This document shows positions 29,752-39,130 of a DNA stretch of 64,000 nucleotides, in pieces (position 1 is the stretch's first letter; each line of letters starts with the position of its first letter). The position numbers were made by a program, and so were the translations under genes. The notes below the pieces were generated by a model. The model was given only the letters and a program-made list of their open reading frames with translations. It searched no databases and was not told the origin of the DNA. Source of the DNA: an uncultured Pseudomonadota bacterium (GTDB lineage Bacteria > Pseudomonadota > Alphaproteobacteria > Rs-D84); assembly GCA_902781465.1 (NCBI GenBank), contig CACZJK010000001.1, forward strand, positions 142,831-206,830. Direction: 5' to 3'.

Positions 29752-31521
29752 ACTTTGTACTGCCAATGGAAAATCGGTTGTGTTTGCAAGGTAGGAACCA
29801 CTGACCAATAAATCAGCACCGGCGTTCCAACAAAGTTTTGCGGTTTCTGGATTTATGCCACCATCAACACTGATTATATATTTAAGGCCGTGTTTTTTAC
29901 GTGTGTAATTTAATACTTTTATTTTTTGTAGAACGTTTTCATCAAATTCTTGACCTGCGGCGCCTGGTTTAACAGCCATTAACATTACTTCATCAATTTG
30001 TTTCAAAATTGGTATTAAAATTTCAACATTTGATTCTGGATTAAGGGCGATGCCAACGCGTTTCCCCGCATCTTTTACAATTTTAATTGCGTTTTTTACC
30101 CCGGATGTATTTGTTGAAATTATAACGGTATCTGCACCAACGTTTATTACATCACGCGCCCAAACAGATGGGCTTTCTGTCATTAAATGAACATGTAAAT
30201 GCGATTTAGTTTTTTCACGTATGTTTGCCAATTCATCAATGCCACCGGCAATTTTATCTACATAAAATCCGTCCATTATATCAACGTGTATCATTGAAAT
30301 TCCGGCACTTTTAAACATTGTGTATGTTGACATATCGTTCATGTTAAAGCAAAGCGTGCTTGGCAATATCGGAACAAATTTATGTTTTTTTACTTTTGGT
30401 TTATGTTTAAAAAGATGTGTTATTTTATCAATAGTATTATGTATTTTTTCGCGTTTTTGTATATAAGCATTTCTTTCTGGTAAATATGTGTTCCAGATAT
30501 ATTCTGACAGGGCGTTGACGCTGGCGCTGTCCCCCAGGTTTTCCACAGGCAACTTAAACACGCGTTCAAAAATAGTATTGATATTATTTACTGTTGCGCC
30601 ACCGCCGGTCAGTATTATTTTTTCAGGTTTATATTGTTCAATATATTTAATAGATTGTTCGTGTATATTTCGCAGCAATTCTTTTATACAAGGAATAAAT
30701 ATATCATTTATATCAGCACGTGAAAATGCGGCAAATTTTTCAGAAGAATCGGCCGGTGTAAATCTGTCCATTTCATTTGGTGTTGCGCATGCGACGGATA
30801 TTTTTAATGTATCGGCATCCACAGTTCCAATATGTAATCCAGATGCAATAGCATTTGTAATATCGTGTCCACCAAACTTTATTTTATTAAAATATAATGG
30901 TCCACGCATAGTCCATATAGATACTGTTGTAAATTCGTTCCCCAGGTCTATGAACATAACCTTTTCATTTTGACGGCGATAAATTGAATTTTGTAAAAAT
31001 GTTGGGTCTAAGAATCCGCTGGATTGAATATGCGAACGGCGCAAGATATCAGATAAATATCTTGTTTTATCTGTTTCGTATGAAATTACACTGAATATAG
31101 ATTTTAATTGTGTGTCGATATGTCCAATTGGTGTATTGCTGATATTTTTTATGGTTGGCGTGCTGTAAAACACAGGAATTATATGCATTGCATAAAAATC
31201 ATCAGGCACAGTTATTTTTGCAATTTGATGTTTTAAATCCAGTTCGTTGATTTTATGTTCATCATGCCAAGATATTGTATCAGAAACTGTTTTGAAATCA
31301 GCCGCCCCAAAATTACCAGTAATAAATGCTGAATTAAAATGAGTGTTTAATTGTTGTTCCAGTTCATCAATAACGCTTTTTAGTGCAAATATAGTGTTTG
31401 TGTTTTTTACAAAGTGCATCGCAGATTGAACTATTTTTGCATCCCGAACACAATGCGCCAATCCGCGAACGCCATAGGTTCCAATATCAAGACATAAAAA
31501 AGAAGAATTAGCAAGCCTCAT
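29737..31521 (-). CDS. In-frame fusion of an FtsA-like actin-fold cell-division protein (about 385 aa) with ribulose-phosphate 3-epimerase (about 205 aa)
   Basis: N-part: LCLDIGTYGVRGL, FIDLGNEFT, GGHDITNAIA, ILTGGGA (FtsA phosphate/adenosine motifs), directly downstream of ftsQ. C-part: ILPSTL…HVDIMDG…HLHVHLM…ISVDGG (Rpe catalytic His/Asp). There is no stop between them; the junction is A-rich (…KHKPKVKKHKF/VPILPS). Confidence 0.6.
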   Translation of the reverse strand: MRLANSSFLCLDIGTYGVRGLAHCVRDAKIVQSAMHFVKNTNTIFALKSVIDELEQQLNTHFNSAFITGNFGAADFKTVSDTISWHDEHKINELDLKHQIAKITVPDDFYAMHIIPVFYSTPTIKNISNTPIGHIDTQLKSIFSVISYETDKTRYLSDILRRSHIQSSGFLDPTFLQNSIYRRQNEKVMFIDLGNEFTTVSIWTMRGPLYFNKIKFGGHDITNAIASGLHIGTVDADTLKISVACATPNEMDRFTPADSSEKFAAFSRADINDIFIPCIKELLRNIHEQSIKYIEQYKPEKIILTGGGATVNNINTIFERVFKLPVENLGDSASVNALSEYIWNTYLPERNAYIQKREKIHNTIDKITHLFKHKPKVKKHKFVPILPSTLCFNMNDMSTYTMFKSAGISMIHVDIMDGFYVDKIAGGIDELANIREKTKSHLHVHLMTESPSVWARDVINVGADTVIISTNTSGVKNAIKIVKDAGKRVGIALNPESNVEILIPILKQIDEVMLMAVKPGAAGQEFDENVLQKIKVLNYTRKKHGLKYIISVDGGINPETAKLCWNAGADLLVSGSYLANTTDFPLAVQSLLNH

Positions 31522-32207
31522 TTTCTTGTTTTAACCAAAATTCTGGCGTTATCGCGCATATCGATTATTTCAATATCGCGTGATAATAATTTATGTGTTT
31601 GGTTCAATGTCTTTATTTTATTTACTGCGACACTTGGATTGTTTTCTGGTAAATATATTGTTATGCCGTTTTTAGTGTGTATATTCCAACGACGTGATTC
31701 AATCATATTCATATAATCAATATATTCAGATAACCCAGATACGCCGTTTATGATTTCTGTTAAATTTTCAGGAATTGTTCCCTGGAAAACAATAGTGTTT
31801 GTGTTGCGTTCTGTTGTTGGGGTATCTATTTTTGTTCCGTCCACAGACAAAGGATAATAATAAACACCGTCAAACCATTGGGCAGCAACCTTGTGTTGTT
31901 CGGTTTTTATAATAATGTCGCCATTGGCCAGGCGGCGAACGGACGAATTTTTTATCCCAGGAATTTTTGAAACCCGATGGTTTATTTGATACAAATCAAC
32001 AGATTTTATATTTGTTCCACTGTTTATGCCAGTTGCAACCATAATAGGTTCAAAATCTGTTGTCTTGGAATCACTTAATATCGAGATATGCTTTACATAA
32101 GATACAGGACCGCGTCCCATAAGACTGGTTATAATACGGGTTGAAAAATACACCGCCAATATAATTGACGCAACAAAATACAACCAAAAGAATATGGATT
32201 TCTTCAT
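31518..32207 (-). CDS. ftsQ: Cell-division protein FtsQ (POTRA domain)
   Basis: N-terminal TM; SSVRRLANGDIIIKTEQHKVAAQWFDG and IDMRDNARILVK blocks typical of FtsQ; 4-nt overlap with the ftsA-like start. Confidence 0.65.
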   Translation of the reverse strand: MKKSIFFWLYFVASIILAVYFSTRIITSLMGRGPVSYVKHISILSDSKTTDFEPIMVATGINSGTNIKSVDLYQINHRVSKIPGIKNSSVRRLANGDIIIKTEQHKVAAQWFDGVYYYPLSVDGTKIDTPTTERNTNTIVFQGTIPENLTEIINGVSGLSEYIDYMNMIESRRWNIHTKNGITIYLPENNPSVAVNKIKTLNQTHKLLSRDIEIIDMRDNARILVKTRK

Positions 32208-32256
32208 AACATACTTATTATATCATATTTTTAGAAAATAACCAACAATCAAGTTA

Positions 32257-32637
32257 TTATTTTGCACGCAGCAAATAACCGCGTCTTAACATACATTTAC
32301 GGTAATAACCGACTGTTTTTGATGCGGTATTAGGTGGCACAGACAATAATGCGCGTTGGCCGACATCTTTATATTCGTTCGATTGAAATGTCACCCAAAG
32401 ACCGTCCCAATCTGGCATTTGTGCGCTTTGATTAGGAGATAACAATTTTGCGATTCTGGAACGCGGTACATAATTTTTGTCTTTTATCCCAAGGCAAGAT
32501 TTATGATCGCGAACGAATTGTTCTGTGGTCACCGCGTCGTTTTCCCAATTTAATATTGTTGCGTCGTCAATCGAGCCACGATTAGCAGAAGCACAGGCTG
32601 TTAATCCTAATAATAAAAATAAATATCTTGTTTTCAT
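32257..32637 (-). CDS. Small lipoprotein (lipobox LTAC), hypothetical
   Basis: Signal peptide MKTRYLFLLLGLTAC. Confidence 0.5.
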   Translation of the reverse strand: MKTRYLFLLLGLTACASANRGSIDDATILNWENDAVTTEQFVRDHKSCLGIKDKNYVPRSRIAKLLSPNQSAQMPDWDGLWVTFQSNEYKDVGQRALLSVPPNTASKTVGYYRKCMLRRGYLLRAK

Positions 32638-32712
32638 AATTTACATTATAATTTAATTGCGTTTGTGTGGCAATAGTTTTTATAATGTAAAAAACAAACC
32701 AGGGGAAAGGCA

Positions 32713-33036
32713 ATGGCAATAAATGTTCAAAATTATATAAAATTGGCTAATTTTTATAACGAAATGTCGCGCATTTTATCTGCGATTTGTGTGGAAAAGG
32801 GCGGAATTGCGCTGGAAAATTATGTTGGACGCTTTTTTGCGGCAGATGTCCTTGAATATATCGTAGAATATGGAAACAGGCTTAAAAAATCTGGTGTTCA
32901 AATTGATTCAAATGTTATAGATGCGATGAATTTATTTGAAAAGCAGTTTGAAAATGTAAAAAGTTTGGTGACCCCAAACCAAAAACCTATTTACGAAATG
33001 TCGTTGGAAGAGTTTGAAAAAATTATGAATATATAG
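32713..33036 (+). CDS. Hypothetical protein (107 aa)
   Basis: ORF only. Confidence 0.4.
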   Translation: MAINVQNYIKLANFYNEMSRILSAICVEKGGIALENYVGRFFAADVLEYIVEYGNRLKKSGVQIDSNVIDAMNLFEKQFENVKSLVTPNQKPIYEMSLEEFEKIMNI

Positions 33037-33074
33037 TATATATCACATAAGGAAAGCAAAAAAAGGAAAGAAAA

Positions 33075-34403
33075 ATGGCACAAAACAATATTAAACAAAC
33101 CCTTGTTCTTGTTTGTACAATGTGTGCAATGATGATTTCTGGGTGTGCAAATCAGCAACAAAATATGCAACTTTATGATACAGTCAATGTTGTTGAAAAT
33201 ACTGTGATTGATGAAAATTCTGTGCCTATCTTTCCAAAAAAGGCAGCATTGACAACTGATACAGCGCAAAGATTTGCTTTGGATTTACCAAAAAGATGTA
33301 CGGTTGATTGGAATAACCAGAGTGTCGTAAGTGTTGTCCCAGAAGAAAAGATAGAAATTGTTCGCCTTAATACAGGGGACGATTTGCCTGATTTAAAGGT
33401 TTCTGATTATGAATTCAAAAAAATGTATGTGAAAGATGCACTGGAAAAATTATTAGATGATACAGATATTTCTGTCATAGAAGACCAGGCTACATTTGAA
33501 AAGATTTCTGGAACAATTTCAACCAGTTCTTTGGCTGATGCGGTTGAATTGATGGCGAAACTTGGTCGTGTGTATTATTCTTATGATGCGGAATTTGGTG
33601 AAATTCATTTAACAGGTAATGGTAAATGGATGATAAAAATGCCAAAAGACGAAACAATCATAATGGCTCTGTTGGATGCTATGCGTGGGGCCGATGTGCG
33701 TAATTTGTTGGTGAACTGGCAAGACAAAACCGTTGTATTCGAAGGAAATTATCAAACAGAACGCGAAGTTTCAAAAATAATTGCAGATGTTGCGTCCAAA
33801 AAATATGTTTTGGCATGGGACATAGATGTTTATCGTGTTTATCCAAAAACAGATAATCCTATTATTTGGATGAATATGTTGCCTGCATTTGGTGAAAATA
33901 ATATTCGTATGTCTATTCCTGGGGTTGTGGGGCGTGCGCTGGTGGTAAGTCCTGAAATCAATACAAAAACTTTGCAAGAATTTATATCACAACAGGCAAA
34001 TATGGTTTTGGTTTCCCAAGGAACATTTGCGATCCCAAACGGATGGCAATCCAGATTTGATATTGGCCAATGTGGCAAAGAAGACAGATTAGAAACTGAT
34101 TTGATAATTGGTGCAACGGGAACTTATGGCAATTATGGTGGGTATAAAAAGATTGATGCAAAAATAGTTTTATCAACAACTAATGGCGAATTGTCTTCGT
34201 TTAAGATACCATCTAATGTTGGTGATAATTATGTGATTGTTGGTATTCCTACACACTCTTTTGTCACAACACCTGAAACTTTGATTTCACCATTTGCTGA
34301 ATTGGTTGTATTTATGTCGCCACGTTTAATATCTATTGTTGATGCCGGCGAAGCAGGCAAGGTTTTGTCTGGTGATGATTTACGTGATTTTTTGAATCAA
34401 TAA
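33075..34403 (+). CDS. Large lipoprotein (lipobox ISGC), hypothetical; upstream of lolCD
   Basis: Signal peptide with lipobox; 442 aa; no firm family. Confidence 0.5.
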   Translation: MAQNNIKQTLVLVCTMCAMMISGCANQQQNMQLYDTVNVVENTVIDENSVPIFPKKAALTTDTAQRFALDLPKRCTVDWNNQSVVSVVPEEKIEIVRLNTGDDLPDLKVSDYEFKKMYVKDALEKLLDDTDISVIEDQATFEKISGTISTSSLADAVELMAKLGRVYYSYDAEFGEIHLTGNGKWMIKMPKDETIIMALLDAMRGADVRNLLVNWQDKTVVFEGNYQTEREVSKIIADVASKKYVLAWDIDVYRVYPKTDNPIIWMNMLPAFGENNIRMSIPGVVGRALVVSPEINTKTLQEFISQQANMVLVSQGTFAIPNGWQSRFDIGQCGKEDRLETDLIIGATGTYGNYGGYKKIDAKIVLSTTNGELSSFKIPSNVGDNYVIVGIPTHSFVTTPETLISPFAELVVFMSPRLISIVDAGEAGKVLSGDDLRDFLNQ

Positions 34404-34414
34404 CGGGGTAAAAT

Positions 34415-35671
34415 ATGTTATTTAGTGCATTAGAAAAAAAAATAGCATTCAGATATTTACGTGCAAAAAAACGCGGGTTTGGTTCTGTTGTTTCATGGGT
34501 ATCTTTGATTGGAATTACATTGGGTGTTGCAACATTGATTGTTGTTATGTCTGTGATGGGTGGTTTTCATGATACTCTGCTTTCGCGTATTATTGGTATG
34601 AACGGACATGTTGTTGTATATCATCAAAACGGAACAATATCTGATTATGATTTCTTGATTGACAAAATGCGCCAAAATAAAGTGGTTGCTAAGTATGCCA
34701 CATCAATTGTTCCAATTGCCGAAGGTCAGGTGATGGCGTCTGCAAATGGAAATAATTCAGGTGCTATGATTCGTGGTATTCGTATGCCAGATTTAGTTTC
34801 TAAGACAAGTTCTGGAACACGTATATATGGAAAAAGTTTAGATGCCATCAAAGATGGGGAATTGATAATCGGTTCGTCTTTGTCGCGTAATTTGCGTGTG
34901 ACGGCTGGTGATAAAGTGTCATTGATTTCTGCAAATGGTGGAACGGCTACTCCATTTGGAACAGTACCACGTATTATGGCGTATCCGGCAGTTTCTTCGT
35001 TCTTTGCTGGTATGTATGAATATGACAATGGTTATATTTTTATGCCACTTTCTACGGCGCAAAAATATTTGAATATTGAAAATTCTGTCACACATATTGA
35101 TTTGTTTTTAAGTGATGCAGAACAAAGTGAAGTTGTTGTCAAAGCCTTGGATGCTTTGTTGCCAGATGGTTTTGTTATTCGTGATTGGCGCGATTTGAAT
35201 CGTGGTTTTGTTGGCGCATTACAGGTTGAATCCAGTGTTATGTTTTTGATTTTGTTATTGATAGTTATTGTTGCGGCTTTTAATATAATTTCTTCTTTGG
35301 TTATGTTGGTCAAAGACAAGAATAAAGATATTGCTGTATTGCGTACTTTTGGTGTATCTCGCAAATCTATGATGAAGATATTTATTTTATCAGGAACTTC
35401 AATTGGAATTATTGGTGCAACATTTGGAACTTTCTTTGGGGTATTGATGGCGGTGTATATCGAACCTATACGAAAGTTTTTCCAGTTTATAACCGGTCGT
35501 GATTTATTCCCGGCACAATTATATTCTCTTTCTGAATTACCATCTAAATTGGTTCCGTCAACTGTTATAAGCATCGCGATAATTGCAATAGCATTGGCTT
35601 TCCTTGCAACATTATATCCGGCATGGCGTGCCGCAAATACAGATCCAGTTGAAACATTACGTAACGAATAG
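34415..35671 (+). CDS. lolC: Lipoprotein-releasing system permease LolC/LolE (FtsX-like)
   Basis: 418 aa; N-terminal TM, MacB-like periplasmic domain, three C-terminal TM helices; followed by lolD. Confidence 0.8.
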   Translation: MLFSALEKKIAFRYLRAKKRGFGSVVSWVSLIGITLGVATLIVVMSVMGGFHDTLLSRIIGMNGHVVVYHQNGTISDYDFLIDKMRQNKVVAKYATSIVPIAEGQVMASANGNNSGAMIRGIRMPDLVSKTSSGTRIYGKSLDAIKDGELIIGSSLSRNLRVTAGDKVSLISANGGTATPFGTVPRIMAYPAVSSFFAGMYEYDNGYIFMPLSTAQKYLNIENSVTHIDLFLSDAEQSEVVVKALDALLPDGFVIRDWRDLNRGFVGALQVESSVMFLILLLIVIVAAFNIISSLVMLVKDKNKDIAVLRTFGVSRKSMMKIFILSGTSIGIIGATFGTFFGVLMAVYIEPIRKFFQFITGRDLFPAQLYSLSELPSKLVPSTVISIAIIAIALAFLATLYPAWRAANTDPVETLRNE

Positions 35672-35680
35672 GTGATACAT

Positions 35681-36391
35681 ATGGCAAGTATATTGAATTC
35701 TTTATCAAAAATATCAAAAAAAGATATAGTGTTATCTGTTCGTGATATCAAAAAAACTTTTGTCGAAGCAGGCCAACCATTAAATATTTTGCGTGGCGGT
35801 GGTTTTGATTTATATCGTGGCGAAATAGTTGCGCTTGTTGGACAAAGTGGTTCTGGAAAATCAACACTTTTACAATGTGTTGGATTATTGGATAAACCAA
35901 CCAGTGGTGATATATTTATAAATGGTCATCCAATTGATAAAATAGACGAAGAAACACGCACATTATTGCGTCGTCAAAAAATGGGTTTCGTTTATCAAAA
36001 GCATAATTTGCTGACTGATTTTACGGCACTGGAAAATGTAGTGATGCCGATGATGGCAAATGGTTTGAATGAAAATACAGCCTGTGCGCGTGCGATGAAA
36101 TTATTAAAGTTGGCAAATGTAGCGCACCGCGCAACACATTTCCCAAATGAAATGTCCGGTGGTGAACAACAACGTGTTGCGATAGCACGCGCGATTGCGA
36201 ACAGTCCAGAAATTTTATTGGCGGATGAACCAACGGGTTCTTTGGATCCAAATCATGCGACGGTTATATTTGATTTGTTGCTGGATTTAGTGCGTAAATC
36301 AAAAATGTCTATGTTATTTGTGACTCATGATATGAATTTGGCGAAACGCGCAGACAGAATAATCACCATCAGAGATGGTATTGTAAAATAA
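35681..36391 (+). CDS. lolD: Lipoprotein-releasing system ATP-binding protein LolD
   Basis: Walker A GQSGSGKST, signature LSGGEQQR, Walker B LLADEPT; RBS AGGTGA before the ATG at 35681. Confidence 0.85.
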   Translation: MASILNSLSKISKKDIVLSVRDIKKTFVEAGQPLNILRGGGFDLYRGEIVALVGQSGSGKSTLLQCVGLLDKPTSGDIFINGHPIDKIDEETRTLLRRQKMGFVYQKHNLLTDFTALENVVMPMMANGLNENTACARAMKLLKLANVAHRATHFPNEMSGGEQQRVAIARAIANSPEILLADEPTGSLDPNHATVIFDLLLDLVRKSKMSMLFVTHDMNLAKRADRIITIRDGIVK

Positions 36392-36422
36392 ATAAACAAA
36401 ATAAAAACCAGAGGAGAGAAAA

Positions 36423-36962
36423 ATGAAAAAATCAAACGCAGAATATAAAAAATATCGCCTTTACGGCACTATTGGTATGGTTGCATTGTTTTTAATGGGT
36501 GCAATTGTTGGATTTATTATAAGTGGCTTTTCAGGTTTTAATCGTCCAATGAAACAACATGTGCATGCAAAAGTTGCCCATGTTGAACAAGTGGTTTTAC
36601 AACACAGAACATGTGAAAAAATAGAAAAAGTTTTATCTAAAAAGTTAGTTAACGATGATTCTGATACAAACGCTTGGAATCATATAAATGATGCACAAGT
36701 TTATGCTAATTTGTCAGAACGCGGATGTCCTGAAAATTCTGAAAAATATAAAGCATTGGCTTCGCAAGAATTAGAAATTGCGCGTGCTTTGACAGATGAT
36801 AATATTGAACAAGAACCAAATGAATCGGTTGAGATAGTTGAAACTTATAAAAGATTGCAAATGCAGGCAGAGGCAGAACGTATGATTGAAAAGGCTAAAA
36901 AATTGACTAACCCTGCAATAGATTTTATAATACAATTGGAAAAAATAATTGATGAAGATTAA
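36423..36962 (+). CDS. Membrane-anchored hypothetical protein (179 aa)
   Basis: Single N-terminal TM; acidic C-terminus. Confidence 0.45.
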   Translation: MKKSNAEYKKYRLYGTIGMVALFLMGAIVGFIISGFSGFNRPMKQHVHAKVAHVEQVVLQHRTCEKIEKVLSKKLVNDDSDTNAWNHINDAQVYANLSERGCPENSEKYKALASQELEIARALTDDNIEQEPNESVEIVETYKRLQMQAEAERMIEKAKKLTNPAIDFIIQLEKIIDED

Positions 36963-36972
36963 GGTATGAAAA

Positions 36973-37251
36973 ATGAAAAAGAAAGTTGTTAAAAAATCAG
37001 TCAGCAAACCACAAACAAAAAAATGTAAATCTTGGATTTGGATTTTTGTTGCTTTTGTATTGGGTGGTATGATTGGCTATACGGCACATTACTTGGTTGT
37101 TAATTGGAACGGATTTTTTGTGACTTGCGCTGATGGTACGCGTCCGGATAAAAATGGTTGTTGTGTCGGCGAAGTTTATACAGATGCTGGCGATGGCTGG
37201 ATGGTGTGTTGTCCGGACGGGGGTGATAACTGTTTCCCACCACTGAAATAA
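36973..37251 (+). CDS. Small membrane protein with a Cys-rich C-terminus (92 aa)
   Basis: TM helix plus CADGTRPDKNGCCVGE...VCCPDGGDNC. Confidence 0.4.
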   Translation: MKKKVVKKSVSKPQTKKCKSWIWIFVAFVLGGMIGYTAHYLVVNWNGFFVTCADGTRPDKNGCCVGEVYTDAGDGWMVCCPDGGDNCFPPLK

Positions 37252-37270
37252 CAAAACACCGGCAAATGCC
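37248..37270 (+). terminator. Terminator hairpin ACCGGCAAATGCCGGT plus T-run (member of the recurring hairpin family)
   Basis: Read directly. Confidence 0.6.
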
Positions 37271-37336
37271 GGTTTTTTTATATCTTGAAAACGCACAATT
37301 TTTATATAAGAATAAAATAAAGAAAAGGTTGTTCTT

Positions 37337-37723
37337 ATGAATAAAGCAAAAATAAAAAAAGAGTGGGGCCAGGTTGGGTTGATTCGTTTAGGGATGAAAG
37401 AGAATACCCCGTTTATACCAATTAGTTTACAAGGAATTAAACCACCAGCAAAACCGAAATGGCAAAAACTATTGCAGTTCTTTGGTTTGTATAGATACAA
37501 AGAATATGAATATAAATATAAACCAGAAGAAAGTTTGATGCGGAATATTTTGCGTTATGCATTGATAGCAGATACTTTTACGACAGAAGAAATAAGATAT
37601 GTTTTTGGTAAAAAAGGCGAACAAGAATTAGAAAAATTGACAGCAATTGGCTATCTTAACAAAGGTTTCCCTTCACAAATAACAGAAAAGCAATGGGAAG
37701 AATTTACAGCAAGAAAAAGATAA
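37337..37723 (+). CDS. Hypothetical protein (128 aa)
   Basis: ORF only. Confidence 0.4.
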   Translation: MNKAKIKKEWGQVGLIRLGMKENTPFIPISLQGIKPPAKPKWQKLLQFFGLYRYKEYEYKYKPEESLMRNILRYALIADTFTTEEIRYVFGKKGEQELEKLTAIGYLNKGFPSQITEKQWEEFTARKR

Positions 37724-37729
37724 AAACAA

Positions 37730-38410
37730 ATGAAAAAATTGTTAATCTGGGATTTTGATGGTGTTATTGCAGACAGTGAAAAACTGTGGGTTCGTGCTTG
37801 GGATGAAATTTTAGTAAGTGAAAGAAATATAAAACTAAATGATGCTGAAAAAGCCGATTTGTTGGTCGGTGTGTCGGATAAAACGCGTCGTGAAAGACTG
37901 GAAAAATATATCTCTGGTTTGGTCTTAGATGATAATTTTATAAACAAGATTAATGAAAGGGAAATTTATCTGGGGACTAATTGTATGGTTGCAATAGATG
38001 GTGTTGAAAAAGTTATGGACAATAATAATTTTGAACATTGTATTGCAACAGGGGCAACAGCCACACAACACAAATGGAAAATGACCAGTTTTCAATGGAT
38101 AAAAAACTATATGTCAGACAAAGATTTTTTTACCGTTGATATGGTTGAACATGGAAAACCAGAACCTGATTTATTTTTATTGGCCGCTAAAACAAAAAAT
38201 TATGAACCAAAAGATTGCATAGTTATTGGTGACAGTGTTAACGATTTTATTGCTGCAAAATCTGCTGGTATGGATTGTATAGCATTTACAGGCGCCACAG
38301 GAAATAACACAAAAGAATATTCTGATAAATGTAAATTACTTGGTGTTTTTGCGGTTTGCGATAATATGGATGATGTAAATAAAAGTCTGAATAATTGGTT
38401 AGAAAAGTAA
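37730..38410 (+). CDS. HAD-superfamily hydrolase (beta-phosphoglucomutase/phosphatase-like)
   Basis: Motif I DFDGVI; motif IV GDSVNDFIAAKSAG. Confidence 0.7.
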   Translation: MKKLLIWDFDGVIADSEKLWVRAWDEILVSERNIKLNDAEKADLLVGVSDKTRRERLEKYISGLVLDDNFINKINEREIYLGTNCMVAIDGVEKVMDNNNFEHCIATGATATQHKWKMTSFQWIKNYMSDKDFFTVDMVEHGKPEPDLFLLAAKTKNYEPKDCIVIGDSVNDFIAAKSAGMDCIAFTGATGNNTKEYSDKCKLLGVFAVCDNMDDVNKSLNNWLEK

Positions 38411-38416
38411 GAAAAT

Positions 38417-38440
38417 ACCGGCAAATGCCGGTGTTTTGTT
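38417..38440 (+). terminator. Terminator hairpin ACCGGCAAATGCCGGT plus T-run
   Basis: Read directly. Confidence 0.6.
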
Positions 38441-38771
38441 GCTTTGTAAATTTTTGGCGTTAATGTGGGGGTGGGGTGCGCCTTGATAAACAATAACCAA
38501 ACCTAAATGCAAAAACTCTATTAAAAATATCCGCTTTTGCAGGTTTGCTAATTGTTCATCTGCGTATACGCCATGCGCTTCGCTCTGGCGGATCCACCCA
38601 AGGGTGGATTGGCTCGGCATAAATGCCTGCGCCGCATTCGTAATGTGTTTGCTGCATTTTATTTGCAAACACAAACTCATAGACGAACCAAACAACTTCG
38701 TTGTATGGCCTAATACCATAAACCACATCACAGCAAAACAAAAACCACCCAAAAGGGTGGTTTTAGTTTTG

Positions 38772-38858
38772 TGGTGGGAGTGGGTGGATTCGAACCACCT
38801 CAGTCGTAAGACAACAGATTTACAGTCTGCCCCGGCTCTCCAACTCCGGCGCACGCCC
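38772..38858 (-). tRNA. tRNA-Tyr (GUA), class II (long variable arm)
   Basis: Anticodon stem-loop GCAGA-CTGTAAA-TCTGT; T arm GGTGG-TTCGAAT-CCACC; encoded CCA; 87 nt. Unusual C at position 8 and one acceptor-stem mismatch (4:69 C-U). Confidence 0.75.
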
Positions 38859-38888
38859 AAAACTTTTTGGCTGCGTCCGCCACAATCT

Positions 38889-38911
38889 ATGGTGCGAGCA
38901 GAGGGAATCCG
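38889..38911 (-). repeat. Duplicated 3' end of tRNA-Gly (TGGTGCGAGCAGAGGGAATC plus CGAAC), 92 bp downstream of the intact gene; att-like scar
   Basis: 21-bp exact match to 39004-39024, read directly; the intervening sequence contains a non-tRNA hairpin GTTGC-GTTATTA-GCAAC. Confidence 0.6.
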
Positions 38912-39003
38912 AACGTATAAGAACACAATGAGTTGCGTTATTAGCAACGAATTGATGTTCGCGTCGCAAGGATACCCGATTCATACGCTACCCGCTACAT
39001 CCC

Positions 39004-39078
39004 TGGTGCGAGCAGAGGGAATCGAACCCTCATTTCAAGCTTGGAAGGCTTGCATTCTAGCCTTTGAACTATGCTCGC
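39004..39078 (-). tRNA. tRNA-Gly (UCC)
   Basis: Acceptor GCGAGCA/TGCTCGC; anticodon stem CAAGC/GCTTG with loop CTTCCAA; T arm GAGGG-TTCGATT-CCCTC; encoded CCA. Confidence 0.85.
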
Positions 39079-39130
39079 TGTTATCTTTAAGCCCCTTGAT
39101 TATATCTTATTTTTTTATAAACGCAAGTGT

